Both the position numbers and the translations under genes were made by a program. The notes beneath the pieces were generated by a model. That model did not search any database, was not told the origin of the DNA, and saw nothing but the letters and a program-made list of their open reading frames with translations. A stretch of DNA of 64,000 nucleotides. It comes from Vicinamibacteria bacterium (GTDB taxonomy: Bacteria; Acidobacteriota; Vicinamibacteria; Vicinamibacterales; UBA8438). Shown in pieces: positions 33,487 to 42,361 of this stretch (positions within the stretch are counted from its first letter, which is position 1; each line of letters starts with the position of its first letter). The stretch spans positions 11,954 through 75,953 of the forward strand of contig CAUZDY010000002.1 in assembly GCA_963578805.1 (NCBI GenBank), in the 5' to 3' direction.

Positions 33487-34457
33487 GAATCGGGTCAAGC
33501 AAACTCGACTCCATGGCCACACCCCTCTCGGGCCGCTGCTTTCTGTCGATTCTCGACTTCGACCCTGAAGACCTCTTGCACTGCCTTCGTTTGGCCGTGG
33601 CTGTCAAGCGCGACCGTCATCTTGGCAAGGAAGCGGCTACGTCGGCAGCGCTGGAGGGAACCTACATCGCGCTGCTATTCGAGAAGCCTTCCCTCCGGAC
33701 ACGCTCAACTGTCGAGATCGCGATCCGCGAATTAGGTGGTAATTTCATCGACCCAGACGCCGATGTCGCACTCGGTAAGCGAGAGTCGCTGGCAGACGTC
33801 GGTCGCACGCTGGAACGGTGGGTGGCAGGTGCGGTGGTCAGGACATACGAGCAGGCCCGTCTGGTGGACCTCGCGAGCACCACACGCACACTCCGGGTCA
33901 TCAACGCCCTCAGCAACGAAGAGCATCCCTGTCAGGCTCTCGCCGATTGCCTAACGCTGCAGGAACGGTGGAGCAGGATGCACGGACGGCGAGTCGCGTT
34001 TGTCGGTGACGGTAATAACGTCGCGACCTCATTCGCTCAGGCGGCGACGATGCTCGGCGTGTCAGTCCACGTCGCGTCACCGGAAGGGTTCGAGCTACCG
34101 GCATCCGTCGACCAAGATGTCGAACGGATCGCCACCCACGGTGCTGTATTGCGACGGTTCCTCGACCCGGTTGAGGCAGTTCAAAACGTCGATGCGGTGT
34201 ACACCGATGTGTGGACATCGATGGGGCGGGAGTCCGAAGTCGCTGAGCGGCGGCATCTGTTTGGCCCGTATCAAGTGAACGAAGACCTCATGGCTCACGC
34301 CAAGCCAGACGCCTGCTTCATGCATTGTCTGCCGGCCCATCGCGGCGAGGAAGTTACCGATGCCGTCTTGGACAGCGCTGCATCAGTCGTCTTCGACCAG
34401 GCCGAGAATCGCCTACACACGCACAAAGCTTTACTGCTGATGTTGTTCGAGGACTGA
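33483..34457 (+). CDS. argF: Ornithine carbamoyltransferase
   Basis: FEKPSLRTR carbamoyl-phosphate motif, HPCQALAD, HCLPAHRGEE. Confidence 0.95.
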   Translation: MRIGSSKLDSMATPLSGRCFLSILDFDPEDLLHCLRLAVAVKRDRHLGKEAATSAALEGTYIALLFEKPSLRTRSTVEIAIRELGGNFIDPDADVALGKRESLADVGRTLERWVAGAVVRTYEQARLVDLASTTRTLRVINALSNEEHPCQALADCLTLQERWSRMHGRRVAFVGDGNNVATSFAQAATMLGVSVHVASPEGFELPASVDQDVERIATHGAVLRRFLDPVEAVQNVDAVYTDVWTSMGRESEVAERRHLFGPYQVNEDLMAHAKPDACFMHCLPAHRGEEVTDAVLDSAASVVFDQAENRLHTHKALLLMLFED

Positions 34458-34468
34458 AGACCCGACCG

Positions 34469-34975
34469 CTACGACTCCACCTTGGCCGCCGCTTGTTCGA
34501 CCTTCGCCGCCAGCTTTTTCTTGTACTCACCTAGTGTCGCAGCGATGTCCTCGTCAGCGGTGGCGAGAATTTGGGCGGCAAGGACGGCCGCATTGGTCGC
34601 ACCCGCGTTTCCGACCGAAACCGTCGCGACCGGCACCCCAGGGGGCATCTGAACGGTCGCGAGGAGCGCATCCCATCCCTTGAGGGGCGAGGAATCGATC
34701 GGAACCCCGATTACGGGAAGCGTCGAATGCGCCGCCACCACCCCGGCCAGGTGCGCCGCCGCGCCGGCCCCCACGATAAAAATCTTGACCCCCTGGGCCG
34801 GCGCATTTTCGACGAGTTGTCGAACGCGGTCCGGGGAACGATGCGCCGATGCCACCGTCATGTGGTACGAGATCCCTAGCTCGCGCAACAGATCGGCGGT
34901 CCTTTGCATCGTTGGAGCATCGGAATCTGAACCGATCAAAATTTGAACCTTCCGCTTAGCCATCTTGCACCTCAC
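34469..34975 (-). CDS. purE: 5-(carboxyamino)imidazole ribonucleotide mutase
   Basis: ILIGSDSD..., SAHRSPDR..., AGAAAHLAGVVAA..PVIGVP. Confidence 0.95.
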   Translation of the reverse strand: MRCKMAKRKVQILIGSDSDAPTMQRTADLLRELGISYHMTVASAHRSPDRVRQLVENAPAQGVKIFIVGAGAAAHLAGVVAAHSTLPVIGVPIDSSPLKGWDALLATVQMPPGVPVATVSVGNAGATNAAVLAAQILATADEDIAATLGEYKKKLAAKVEQAAAKVES

Positions 34976-36303
34976 GCATCATCATCGCCGGTCATCACCG
35001 TCTGGCTGGCGAGCGCCTTTTGGCCGATGTCCGTTCGATGATACTTGTTGGGAAACGAAATCTGCCCCACCGCCATGTAGGCCGCGTCAATCGCATCGAG
35101 AAAGGTCGGGCCACGCCCGACGACGGTTAATACACGACCGGCGCTGGTGACGGCCACGCCGTCACGCAGCGTGGACCCAGCGTGAAACACGATTACTCGC
35201 GGCAATGCGGCTGCTCCAGCGAGGCCCTCGATCGGAAAACCAGTTTCGTAGGCACCAGGATAGCCGCCCGACGCCACCACGACCCCCACATGCGGATCAG
35301 TATTGACGCGCCATGTAGCCCCGTTCAAGTCGCCCCTCGCCGCAGCCAGAAGAATCGGAGCGAGTTCGGTTTGCACCATCGGGAGCACAACCTGGGCTTC
35401 AGGGTCTCCGAACCGGACATTGAACTCGATGACCTTTGGCCCTGCCGGTGTCAGCATCAGACCGACATAGAGAACTCCCCGGTATTCGGTGCCTTCAGCC
35501 CGAAGGCCCTCCAGTACCGGTATCACGACCTCTCTCGTCACACGGTCAGCCAGCGATTCCGAAAACAGCGGGCTTGGGGCGAACGCACCCATGCCACCCG
35601 TGTTAGGTCCCGTATCGCCGTCAAACACGCGCTTGTGGTCTTGAGCTGCCGGCAAAGCCACGCCTTGACGACCGTCACAGACGACAAAGAACGAGACCTC
35701 TGACCCGACGAGACACTCCTCGATAACAAGCGCCGCACCCGCGTCGCCAAAACGGCCATCGACCATCGCTTCGTGAATCGCCGTTTCCGCAGACGAACGG
35801 TCGGGGGCGACTGTGACCCCTTTGCCGGCCGCCAGTCCATCGGCTTTCACAACCACCGGAAACCCGAACGCCTCGCAGGCGCCGATCGCATCGTCCGTGG
35901 TGCGACACACCCTAAACTGGGCCGTTGGAATCCGGTGGCGTGCCATGAATTCCTTCGAGAAGGCCTTGCTCGACTCGAGGCGGGCGGCCGCCTGAAGCGG
36001 TCCAAAAAGAGGGCGCCCGGCATCGGCAAAGCGATCGGCGACCCCGAGAGAAAGCGGAAGCTCTGGACCCACGATCGTAAAATCGACCGCCTCGCGGGCC
36101 GCCAAGGCAAGCAACGCCGCCGGGTCGCCACTATCCACCTTCACGCATCGTGTACGCGATCGAGATCCAGACGTTCCGTTGGTAGCCATGGCCATCCCGG
36201 CATTTCCTGGCGTGCAAATGACCTCTTCGACACAACCTTCCTGGCTGAGCTTCCAAGCCAAGGCGTGCTCACGCCCACCGGAACCCACCAACAACAGCCT
36301 CAT
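34972..36303 (-). CDS. purD: Phosphoribosylamine-glycine ligase
   Basis: MRLLLVGSGGREHALAWKL..., ATP-grasp core, ...GPNTGGMGA... Confidence 0.95.
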   Translation of the reverse strand: MRLLLVGSGGREHALAWKLSQEGCVEEVICTPGNAGMAMATNGTSGSRSRTRCVKVDSGDPAALLALAAREAVDFTIVGPELPLSLGVADRFADAGRPLFGPLQAAARLESSKAFSKEFMARHRIPTAQFRVCRTTDDAIGACEAFGFPVVVKADGLAAGKGVTVAPDRSSAETAIHEAMVDGRFGDAGAALVIEECLVGSEVSFFVVCDGRQGVALPAAQDHKRVFDGDTGPNTGGMGAFAPSPLFSESLADRVTREVVIPVLEGLRAEGTEYRGVLYVGLMLTPAGPKVIEFNVRFGDPEAQVVLPMVQTELAPILLAAARGDLNGATWRVNTDPHVGVVVASGGYPGAYETGFPIEGLAGAAALPRVIVFHAGSTLRDGVAVTSAGRVLTVVGRGPTFLDAIDAAYMAVGQISFPNKYHRTDIGQKALASQTVMTGDDDA

Positions 36304-36461
36304 TCTCTTATCCCCTTGCTATACAACATGTTGTGGCGCTCTTGGTTGACATTTGAAGAAAAGGCTATGATTGACGGCGGTTTGACTTTCATCCTATGAT
36401 GGCGGATTCGCGAACGCCCCGTGATTAGGCTGTCTCCACTGAAGCGAAGAGTCACACGTGG

Positions 36462-36508
36462 CCGGTTTCTGCCAAAAACCGGGATAGGCATTGCCGGCCG
36501 GCAATGCC
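36462..36508. other. Two adjacent hairpins in the purD/rpsU divergent intergenic region
   Basis: CCGGTTT-ctgccaa-AAACCGG (36462-36482), followed by the perfect 22-nt palindrome GGCATTGCCGGCCGGCAATGCC (36487-36508). Confidence 0.5.
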
Positions 36509-36576
36509 CTGTTTCGCGCGTAGCCTAGCATAATGCGCTTGGCACGATGGCAGCGTTGGAGGGGGTGAAATCTCAC

Positions 36577-36774
36577 GTGGCGGAAGTCAGAGTTCAGGAT
36601 AGTGAATCGATCGAAAGTGCCTTGCGTCGATTTAAACGTAAGGTACAACAAGAGGACATTATCAAGGACATCAAAAAGCACTCCTACTATTTAAAACCTG
36701 GGGACAAGCGTCGCGCGAAGCAGGCGCTGGCTAGAAAGCGGAGCCGCAAGAAGATACGGCGAGACGTCGAATAA
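36577..36774 (+). CDS. rpsU: 30S ribosomal protein S21
   Basis: AEVRVQDSESIESALRRFKRKVQQEDIIKDIKKHSYYLKPGDKRRAKQ. GTG start preceded by GGAGGGGG. The track ORF starts earlier, at 36547. Confidence 0.9.
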   Translation: MAEVRVQDSESIESALRRFKRKVQQEDIIKDIKKHSYYLKPGDKRRAKQALARKRSRKKIRRDVE

Positions 36775-36789
36775 CCTCCAAAACACCCC

Positions 36790-37678
36790 GTGACAGCGCT
36801 CGTTGTCTCTCTGCGTCCAGACCAGTGGACAAAGAACCTCATCGTCTTTGCAGGTCTAATCTTTGGCCAGCGTCTACTCGACGCCACGGCCCTTGGGGCG
36901 GCGATCTGGACATTTGCCATCTTCTGCGGTCTCTCAAGCGCGATGTACCTGGTCAACGATCTGTTCGACCGCAACGAAGACCGCCGACACCCGGTCAAGC
37001 GGAGTCGCCCGATCGCATCCGGTGCGCTATCGAGCGGCAGCGCGGTGACCTGGGTGATCGTACTTGTTGGGGTATCGCTCAGCGCGTCGTTCTCTCTCAG
37101 TTGGACTCTCGGGGTCGTGTCGGTCATATTCGTAGGACTCCTGACTGCATACAGCCGTTTTTTGAAGCACCTCGTCATCCTCGACGTCCTTGCGGTCGCG
37201 GCGGGCTTTGTTGTTCGCGCTATCGGAGGGGCGGTGGCGGTGGATGTGCCGATCAGTCAGTGGCTGCTGGTCTGCACGCTACTGCTAGCGCTGTTTCTGG
37301 GGCTGACCAAACGTCGAGATGAGCTGGTCCTCATTGGGTAACTTATCTGCTGAGCATCGACGTTTGTTGGGCCAATACAGTCCCCAACTGTTCGATCAGC
37401 TCATCTCGGTCGTCGCGGCGGCCACGCTCGTGAGCTACGCGTTCTACACTGTCGAACCGTCGACTCTTAAAAATTTTGGCACCGATAAGCTCACGTGGAC
37501 CTTACCGTTTCCTATCTACGGCATCTTTTGCTACCTCTATCTGGTTCATCGAGAGCAAGGGGGCAAGAACCCGGCCGAGATGTTACTGCGTGACCGCCCA
37601 CTCCTGGCATGTGTCGCACTTGGGGTAGTCGCTATAAGTACTGATCATTTACCGACCGCTGGTCGGGTAGGGTTGTAA
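36790..37678 (+). pseudogene. Decaprenyl-phosphate phosphoribosyltransferase (UbiA superfamily) interrupted by a +1 frameshift near 37336-37340
   Basis: ORF 36790..37341 (SLRPDQWTKNLIVFAGLIF...YLVNDLFDRNEDRRHPVKRSRPIASG) and ORF 37319..37678 (...HRRLLGQYSPQLFDQ...PFPIYGIFCYLYLVHREQGGKNPAEMLLRDRPL) are the N- and C-halves of one family member. Frame 1 ends ...LVLIG-TAA, and frame 2 continues NLSAEHRR. Confidence 0.7.
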
Positions 37679-37697
37679 AACCCGAGGACGAGATGGT

Positions 37698-38753
37698 ATG
37701 TCGGAATTCAGCATTGAGTCGGAATCGATAGACGTCGAACGCATCATGGCTCAGATCCGCGCTCGTCTCCAAGACAAACGCGGTGAGGACTACACCGAAG
37801 AGCAAATTCGCGAGCTGGCAAGCACGAAACTGGAGCGGTTTCTCGACCCGAAGAACGTCCGGTCAGGAATGGTGCCGTACTACCAGAAGAGACTCAAAGA
37901 AAAGGAAGCTGCGCTGCGCGAGACGCGTCAGGCGCCACCGTCGTTCGAGTTCGACCCGGATAGCATCTACCGGTCATCACGTGGACTCCCTGGCCAGGTA
38001 CTCTTCAGAATCCGAAAGCTTTTGAACCCTCTCCTCAAGTTCTTCTTCAACCCAGATCCGATCGTACACGCACTGACAGTGCAGCAGCAGATCAACGAAC
38101 GTCAAGCAAAGGTAATTAGCCAAATGGTACAAAGCCAGGCCGAGTTCATCGAGATCGCTGCGTTGAACTATGAAGTCATGAATAACCTCGTCGTCGAGAT
38201 GACGCGACTTTCTATCGAGATGAAGAACCATCGGATGCGAGTCGAGTCGGTCGCCGGGCGGCTGGACTTCGATGAACGCCGCGCTCGCTCTTTGGAGAAG
38301 GTCGTGCAATACCGGAAGGGCAGCGCCGGGCCCACCACGGCAGACGACGACAGCACGTCCGAGCCGAAGCGACGCCGGCGCCGCCGTGGACGTCGGCGTC
38401 CAAGTGGAGCGGCATCGACCGGCGGCGGAGAGGCATCATTGCCACAACCGTCGAGCGAGGTGTCAACCTCACCGAGCGACGCACCAGATCCTGCCGGTGT
38501 TGCGGCAACGGCTCGTGCCGAACCAGACCGCCAAACAGCCGAAGTCACAACGCCATCAATCGAGCCCCCTTCGTCACCAGCGCCGACCGATTCCTTGTCC
38601 GAAGAACCAAGCCAACCGCAGGATCGGGCGGGTACAACGCCACCGACGGCCAGTACATTCCCAGGCGCGTCGGCGCCACCGGCTGACAAAACGGGTCCGG
38701 TTTCGAACGACCCAGCGACGTCGGCAGGCGAGCCAGACCCATCTGAACGGTGA
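37698..38753 (+). CDS. Hypothetical protein: structured, coiled-coil-like N-terminal ~210 aa plus Pro/Ser/Ala-rich disordered tail with an RRRRRRGRRR patch
   Basis: ORF with an ATGA-type overlap to the first glycosyltransferase. No catalytic motif recognised. Confidence 0.55.
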   Translation: MSEFSIESESIDVERIMAQIRARLQDKRGEDYTEEQIRELASTKLERFLDPKNVRSGMVPYYQKRLKEKEAALRETRQAPPSFEFDPDSIYRSSRGLPGQVLFRIRKLLNPLLKFFFNPDPIVHALTVQQQINERQAKVISQMVQSQAEFIEIAALNYEVMNNLVVEMTRLSIEMKNHRMRVESVAGRLDFDERRARSLEKVVQYRKGSAGPTTADDDSTSEPKRRRRRRGRRRPSGAASTGGGEASLPQPSSEVSTSPSDAPDPAGVAATARAEPDRQTAEVTTPSIEPPSSPAPTDSLSEEPSQPQDRAGTTPPTASTFPGASAPPADKTGPVSNDPATSAGEPDPSER

Positions 38754-40048
38754 AGCTGGCCGTCGTCGTCCAGCGATATGGCGCAGACCTCAACGGCGGC
38801 GCGGAGCTCCACGCCCGCTACGTTTCTGAGCATCTCGCACCCCACGCCGACGTCGAGGTTCTGACAACCTGCGCCCGCGACTACATTACGTGGGAAAATG
38901 GCTTCGAACCGGGTCTCGAACGGGTAAACGGACTTCCGGTCCATCGGTTTCCGGTGTCACGGGTGCGAGACCCCGATGATTTCGGCCGACGGTCTGAGCG
39001 TGTCTTTCAGCGGACACACTCTCTGGCTGACGAGCTCAACTGGCTCGAGAGCGAGGGACCGAACAGCCCTGCCCTAGTCAACCACGTCCGAGACCACGCC
39101 GCCGACTACGACTACTTCATTTTTTTTAGTTATCGCTACTACCACGCCTATCACGGGATCAGACACGTCGCTTCCCGGTCGGTATTGGTGCCCACGGCCG
39201 AGCGAGACCCTGCGTTGGGACTGGCGATCTTTGGGCCGACATTCCGCTCCGTTCGGGCCATCATGTACAACTCGTTTGAAGAGCGCGCACTTATCCAGCG
39301 AGTCTCGTCCAACTATCACGTCCCTGGCGTCGTGGTCGGAATTGGGTCCGAGGTCCCGTCCCGCGCGAGTGCCAAGCGTTTTAGGCAACGGAGAAATTTC
39401 TCTCGGCGGTTCGCGATCTACGTCGGTCGAATTGACGAGAACAAAGGTTGCTCAGAGCTGTTCGACCATTTCGATCGATACGGACGGACCAGTGGTCGGC
39501 TGGACCTGGTGCTGATCGGTAATCCGGTGATGCCTGTACCTTCCCACCCGCGTATCCATCACCTCGGGTTCGTGTCCAATGATGAGAAGTTCGACGCGAT
39601 AGCCGCTGCCGACCTGCTGATCATGCCGTCGTACTTTGAAAGTCTCTCGATGGTGACACTTGAGGCGTGGGCCATGGGAGTGCCCGTCCTCGTCAACGGA
39701 CAGTGCGACGTCCTGTGCGGTCAAACTATCCGTGCCAATGCCGGACTCTACTACACAACATACGGCGAGTTCTCAGAAGCTATGCGACTGTTCGAGACCA
39801 ACAAACAGCTTCGGCAGACCTTTGGAGCAAATGGCCGAGACTACTTCCGTCAGCACTATGCGTGGTCCGTGATCGAACAGAAATATCTCGATATGCTGCA
39901 CCGGCTGGAGAGTGACAACCTACCGGGTAATCCCGCCGAGCCGTTACCGGGTTGGTTCGCTCGACATCGGAGAACGGTTCCCGCGACGAGTCAGATCGTC
40001 AACGATCTCCCGACCGGTCCGGTCTTGTCGGAAAGGCAGAACGGCTGA
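38750..40048 (+). CDS. Glycosyltransferase (GT-B fold, GT4-like), paralog type A
   Basis: MKLAVVVQRYGADLNGGAELHARYVSEHL...VEVLTTCARDYITWEN...; C-terminal ...PSYFESLSMVTLEAWAMGVPVLVN (E-x7-E-like GT4 motif). Confidence 0.85.
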   Translation: MKLAVVVQRYGADLNGGAELHARYVSEHLAPHADVEVLTTCARDYITWENGFEPGLERVNGLPVHRFPVSRVRDPDDFGRRSERVFQRTHSLADELNWLESEGPNSPALVNHVRDHAADYDYFIFFSYRYYHAYHGIRHVASRSVLVPTAERDPALGLAIFGPTFRSVRAIMYNSFEERALIQRVSSNYHVPGVVVGIGSEVPSRASAKRFRQRRNFSRRFAIYVGRIDENKGCSELFDHFDRYGRTSGRLDLVLIGNPVMPVPSHPRIHHLGFVSNDEKFDAIAAADLLIMPSYFESLSMVTLEAWAMGVPVLVNGQCDVLCGQTIRANAGLYYTTYGEFSEAMRLFETNKQLRQTFGANGRDYFRQHYAWSVIEQKYLDMLHRLESDNLPGNPAEPLPGWFARHRRTVPATSQIVNDLPTGPVLSERQNG

Positions 40049-40050
40049 CC

Positions 40051-41283
40051 GTGTCAGATCATTCATCTCGTCAGCTCGGCGTCCATCAAGTCATGGCGAC
40101 GCTCGGTTATGGCGACGCCATCGGTCATGAGGCACTCGGTATCCAACGAGTCCTCCGACGGGCCGGCTACTTTTCTAATATCTACGTTCAGACGGCCGAC
40201 CCGCGTCTTGAGTCGTTGACCGAAGATTACCGTGATTTGATCGCGCACAGCCATCCTGACAACATCCTGATTCATCACTTCTCAATCGGGTCAAAGGCTT
40301 CTCGAGTAGCGTTTGCGCTGCCTGACAGGATGATTCTGGTGTATCACAACATCACGCCGCCATCGTACTTCATCGGTGTGAACGCCCAGCTGGTACAGCA
40401 ATGCTACAGTGGCCGCCGCGAGTTGCATGCCTACCCGGCACGGTGCGATCTTGCGCTCGGAGACTCGGAGTTTAATCGCCAGGAGCTGAAGCACCTCGGC
40501 TTTCCGCGAACGGGCGTGTTACCGGTCATACCAAGCTTCGCGCATCTAGATGTCGAACCTAACGATATGGTGGCGACCGAGTTCGACGACGACCGCACCA
40601 ACATCCTGTTTGTCGGACGGATGATCCCAAACAAGCGAATCGATGATCTAATTCGCTTCTTTCACGCCTATCGGCTGAAATACAACCGCCAGTCTCGTTT
40701 GCTTCTCGTAGGCGCTCATGGCGGGTTCGAGGAGTACGTGGCCGCGCTCTACGACCTGATCCACACTCTGCGGGTGCCGGATGTTCACCTGATCGGCCAC
40801 GTGTCGAATGAGGAACTTACAGCGCTCTACGACGTCGCCGACCTGTTTCTGTCGGCAAGCGAGCACGAAGGATTCTGTGTCCCGCTTGTCGAAGCCTTCT
40901 ACAAACGGATCCCAGTGATCGCATACGCGGCAACCGCGGTCCCAGCCACTATGGACGCTGGAGGTGTGCTGTACGACCACAAGGATCCACGGCACGTCGC
41001 GTCGATCATCCACACGGTGGTCTCGGAGCCGGCACTCTACGGTGAGGTGCTCAGGACTCAGGACATTGCACTCGATCGACTTCGACAGCGAGACTTCGGC
41101 GCAGTGCTGTTAGGCTTCGTCGATGATGTCCGCCGGCGTCCGCGCGTGGCTGCGCCGCGTGTGGCGCCAGAGTTCTGGAGTGAGTTCAAAACCTCAGAAG
41201 CACTCGAAGACATGCGTCAATATCGCCCGGCAGCCTTTGAGGCGCTGCCGAAACAGGGAGGGCAGGAGCCGGAATTATCCTGA
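40051..41283 (+). CDS. Glycosyltransferase (GT4-like), paralog type B
   Basis: ...ILFVGRMIPNKRIDDLI...SASEHEGFCVPLVEAFYKRIPVIA. Start placed at GTG 40051, just after the upstream stop. Confidence 0.8.
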   Translation: MSDHSSRQLGVHQVMATLGYGDAIGHEALGIQRVLRRAGYFSNIYVQTADPRLESLTEDYRDLIAHSHPDNILIHHFSIGSKASRVAFALPDRMILVYHNITPPSYFIGVNAQLVQQCYSGRRELHAYPARCDLALGDSEFNRQELKHLGFPRTGVLPVIPSFAHLDVEPNDMVATEFDDDRTNILFVGRMIPNKRIDDLIRFFHAYRLKYNRQSRLLLVGAHGGFEEYVAALYDLIHTLRVPDVHLIGHVSNEELTALYDVADLFLSASEHEGFCVPLVEAFYKRIPVIAYAATAVPATMDAGGVLYDHKDPRHVASIIHTVVSEPALYGEVLRTQDIALDRLRQRDFGAVLLGFVDDVRRRPRVAAPRVAPEFWSEFKTSEALEDMRQYRPAAFEALPKQGGQEPELS

Positions 41284-41296
41284 CTCCTTAAGGTGT

Positions 41297-42361
41297 ATGG
41301 TCATTAATCAATGGGTGCCTGCGGTGCATCGCGGCGATGCAGTCGGAAACAGCGCGCTTGCTGTCCGTAACCTCCTGAGGGCCAGGGGGCACACATCTGA
41401 GATCTACGCCCTTACGATTGATGAGGACCTCCAGTACGACATCCGTTTCTTTACCGAACCCGACGCGCGGCACGGAGACATCACCATCCTACACATAGCA
41501 GTTCCCTCGCCGATGAGCGAGGCCCTGGCCGAGCTTTCGAGCGGTCGAGTCATCCAATATCACAACATCACGCCAGCTCATTTCTTCGCCCCATATCACC
41601 CGGAGATCTTCAGAATTGCGACAGTCGGACGGATCGAGCTGGCCGGGTTGGTTGGGCGAGTCGACCTCGCCCTCGGTGATTCGGAGTACAACCGCCGCGA
41701 GTTAGAAGAGTTCGGTTTCGAACGAACCCTTGTGTCTCCGATTGTCGTCAACACCGATCGCATTAAGAGTGGACGTCCTGTTCCGGCACTAGAGGACTGC
41801 CTGAACGACGGCCTCTCGAACATTCTTTTCGTTGGACGAATCGCACCGAACAAGCGGATCGAAGACCACATCAGACTGGCGGAGCATTTCAAGCGATACG
41901 TCGATACGGACTACCGGTTTATCTTTGTCGGCCGGACCGACGCGGCGCCCAGATACTACGCCACCGTCCGCGCCCTGATGCTGCAGTATGAGATGCCTGC
42001 TGACAAGTTCCTGTTCGTCGGGTCCGTGCCAGACGACGAGCTGAGTGTCTACTACCGCACCGCCAAAGCATATGTCTCCCTCAGTGAGCACGAAGGCTTC
42101 TGCGTACCGTTGGTCGAGGCCATGGCCGCGGATCTTCCTATTCTGGCGTACGGTGCAGCAGCGGTCCCTGAAACGCTTGGTGGCGCTGGCGTTTGCTTTA
42201 CACCCAAAGACCTAGAATACGCGGCGGAGCTACTCGGCCTGCTGGTGTACGATGATGCGTTACGCGACCGGGTGATCTCCGGTCAACGTCGGCGTCTGAC
42301 CGACTTTGGTCTGGCACCAGCCGAGCGAGCGCTTGACACCATGATCGCGAGCCTCACGTGA
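41297..42361 (+). CDS. Glycosyltransferase (GT4-like), paralog type B'
   Basis: Shares with 40051..41283 the motifs YHNITP..FF, LALGDSE(F/Y)NR.ELE, ILFVGR..PNKRI.D, SEHEGFCVPLVEA. Start at ATG 41297. Confidence 0.8.
   Translation: MVINQWVPAVHRGDAVGNSALAVRNLLRARGHTSEIYALTIDEDLQYDIRFFTEPDARHGDITILHIAVPSPMSEALAELSSGRVIQYHNITPAHFFAPYHPEIFRIATVGRIELAGLVGRVDLALGDSEYNRRELEEFGFERTLVSPIVVNTDRIKSGRPVPALEDCLNDGLSNILFVGRIAPNKRIEDHIRLAEHFKRYVDTDYRFIFVGRTDAAPRYYATVRALMLQYEMPADKFLFVGSVPDDELSVYYRTAKAYVSLSEHEGFCVPLVEAMAADLPILAYGAAAVPETLGGAGVCFTPKDLEYAAELLGLLVYDDALRDRVISGQRRRLTDFGLAPAERALDTMIASLT

Noticed and set aside
36540-36554. Sigma54-like motif TGGCACG-N4-CAGC upstream of rpsU
   Set aside because: The -24 element is perfect, but the predicted start (~12 nt after the GC) would fall downstream of the GGAGGGGG ribosome-binding site needed for the GTG at 36577. 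The -12 element is CAGC rather than TTGC. Probably chance in GC-rich DNA.
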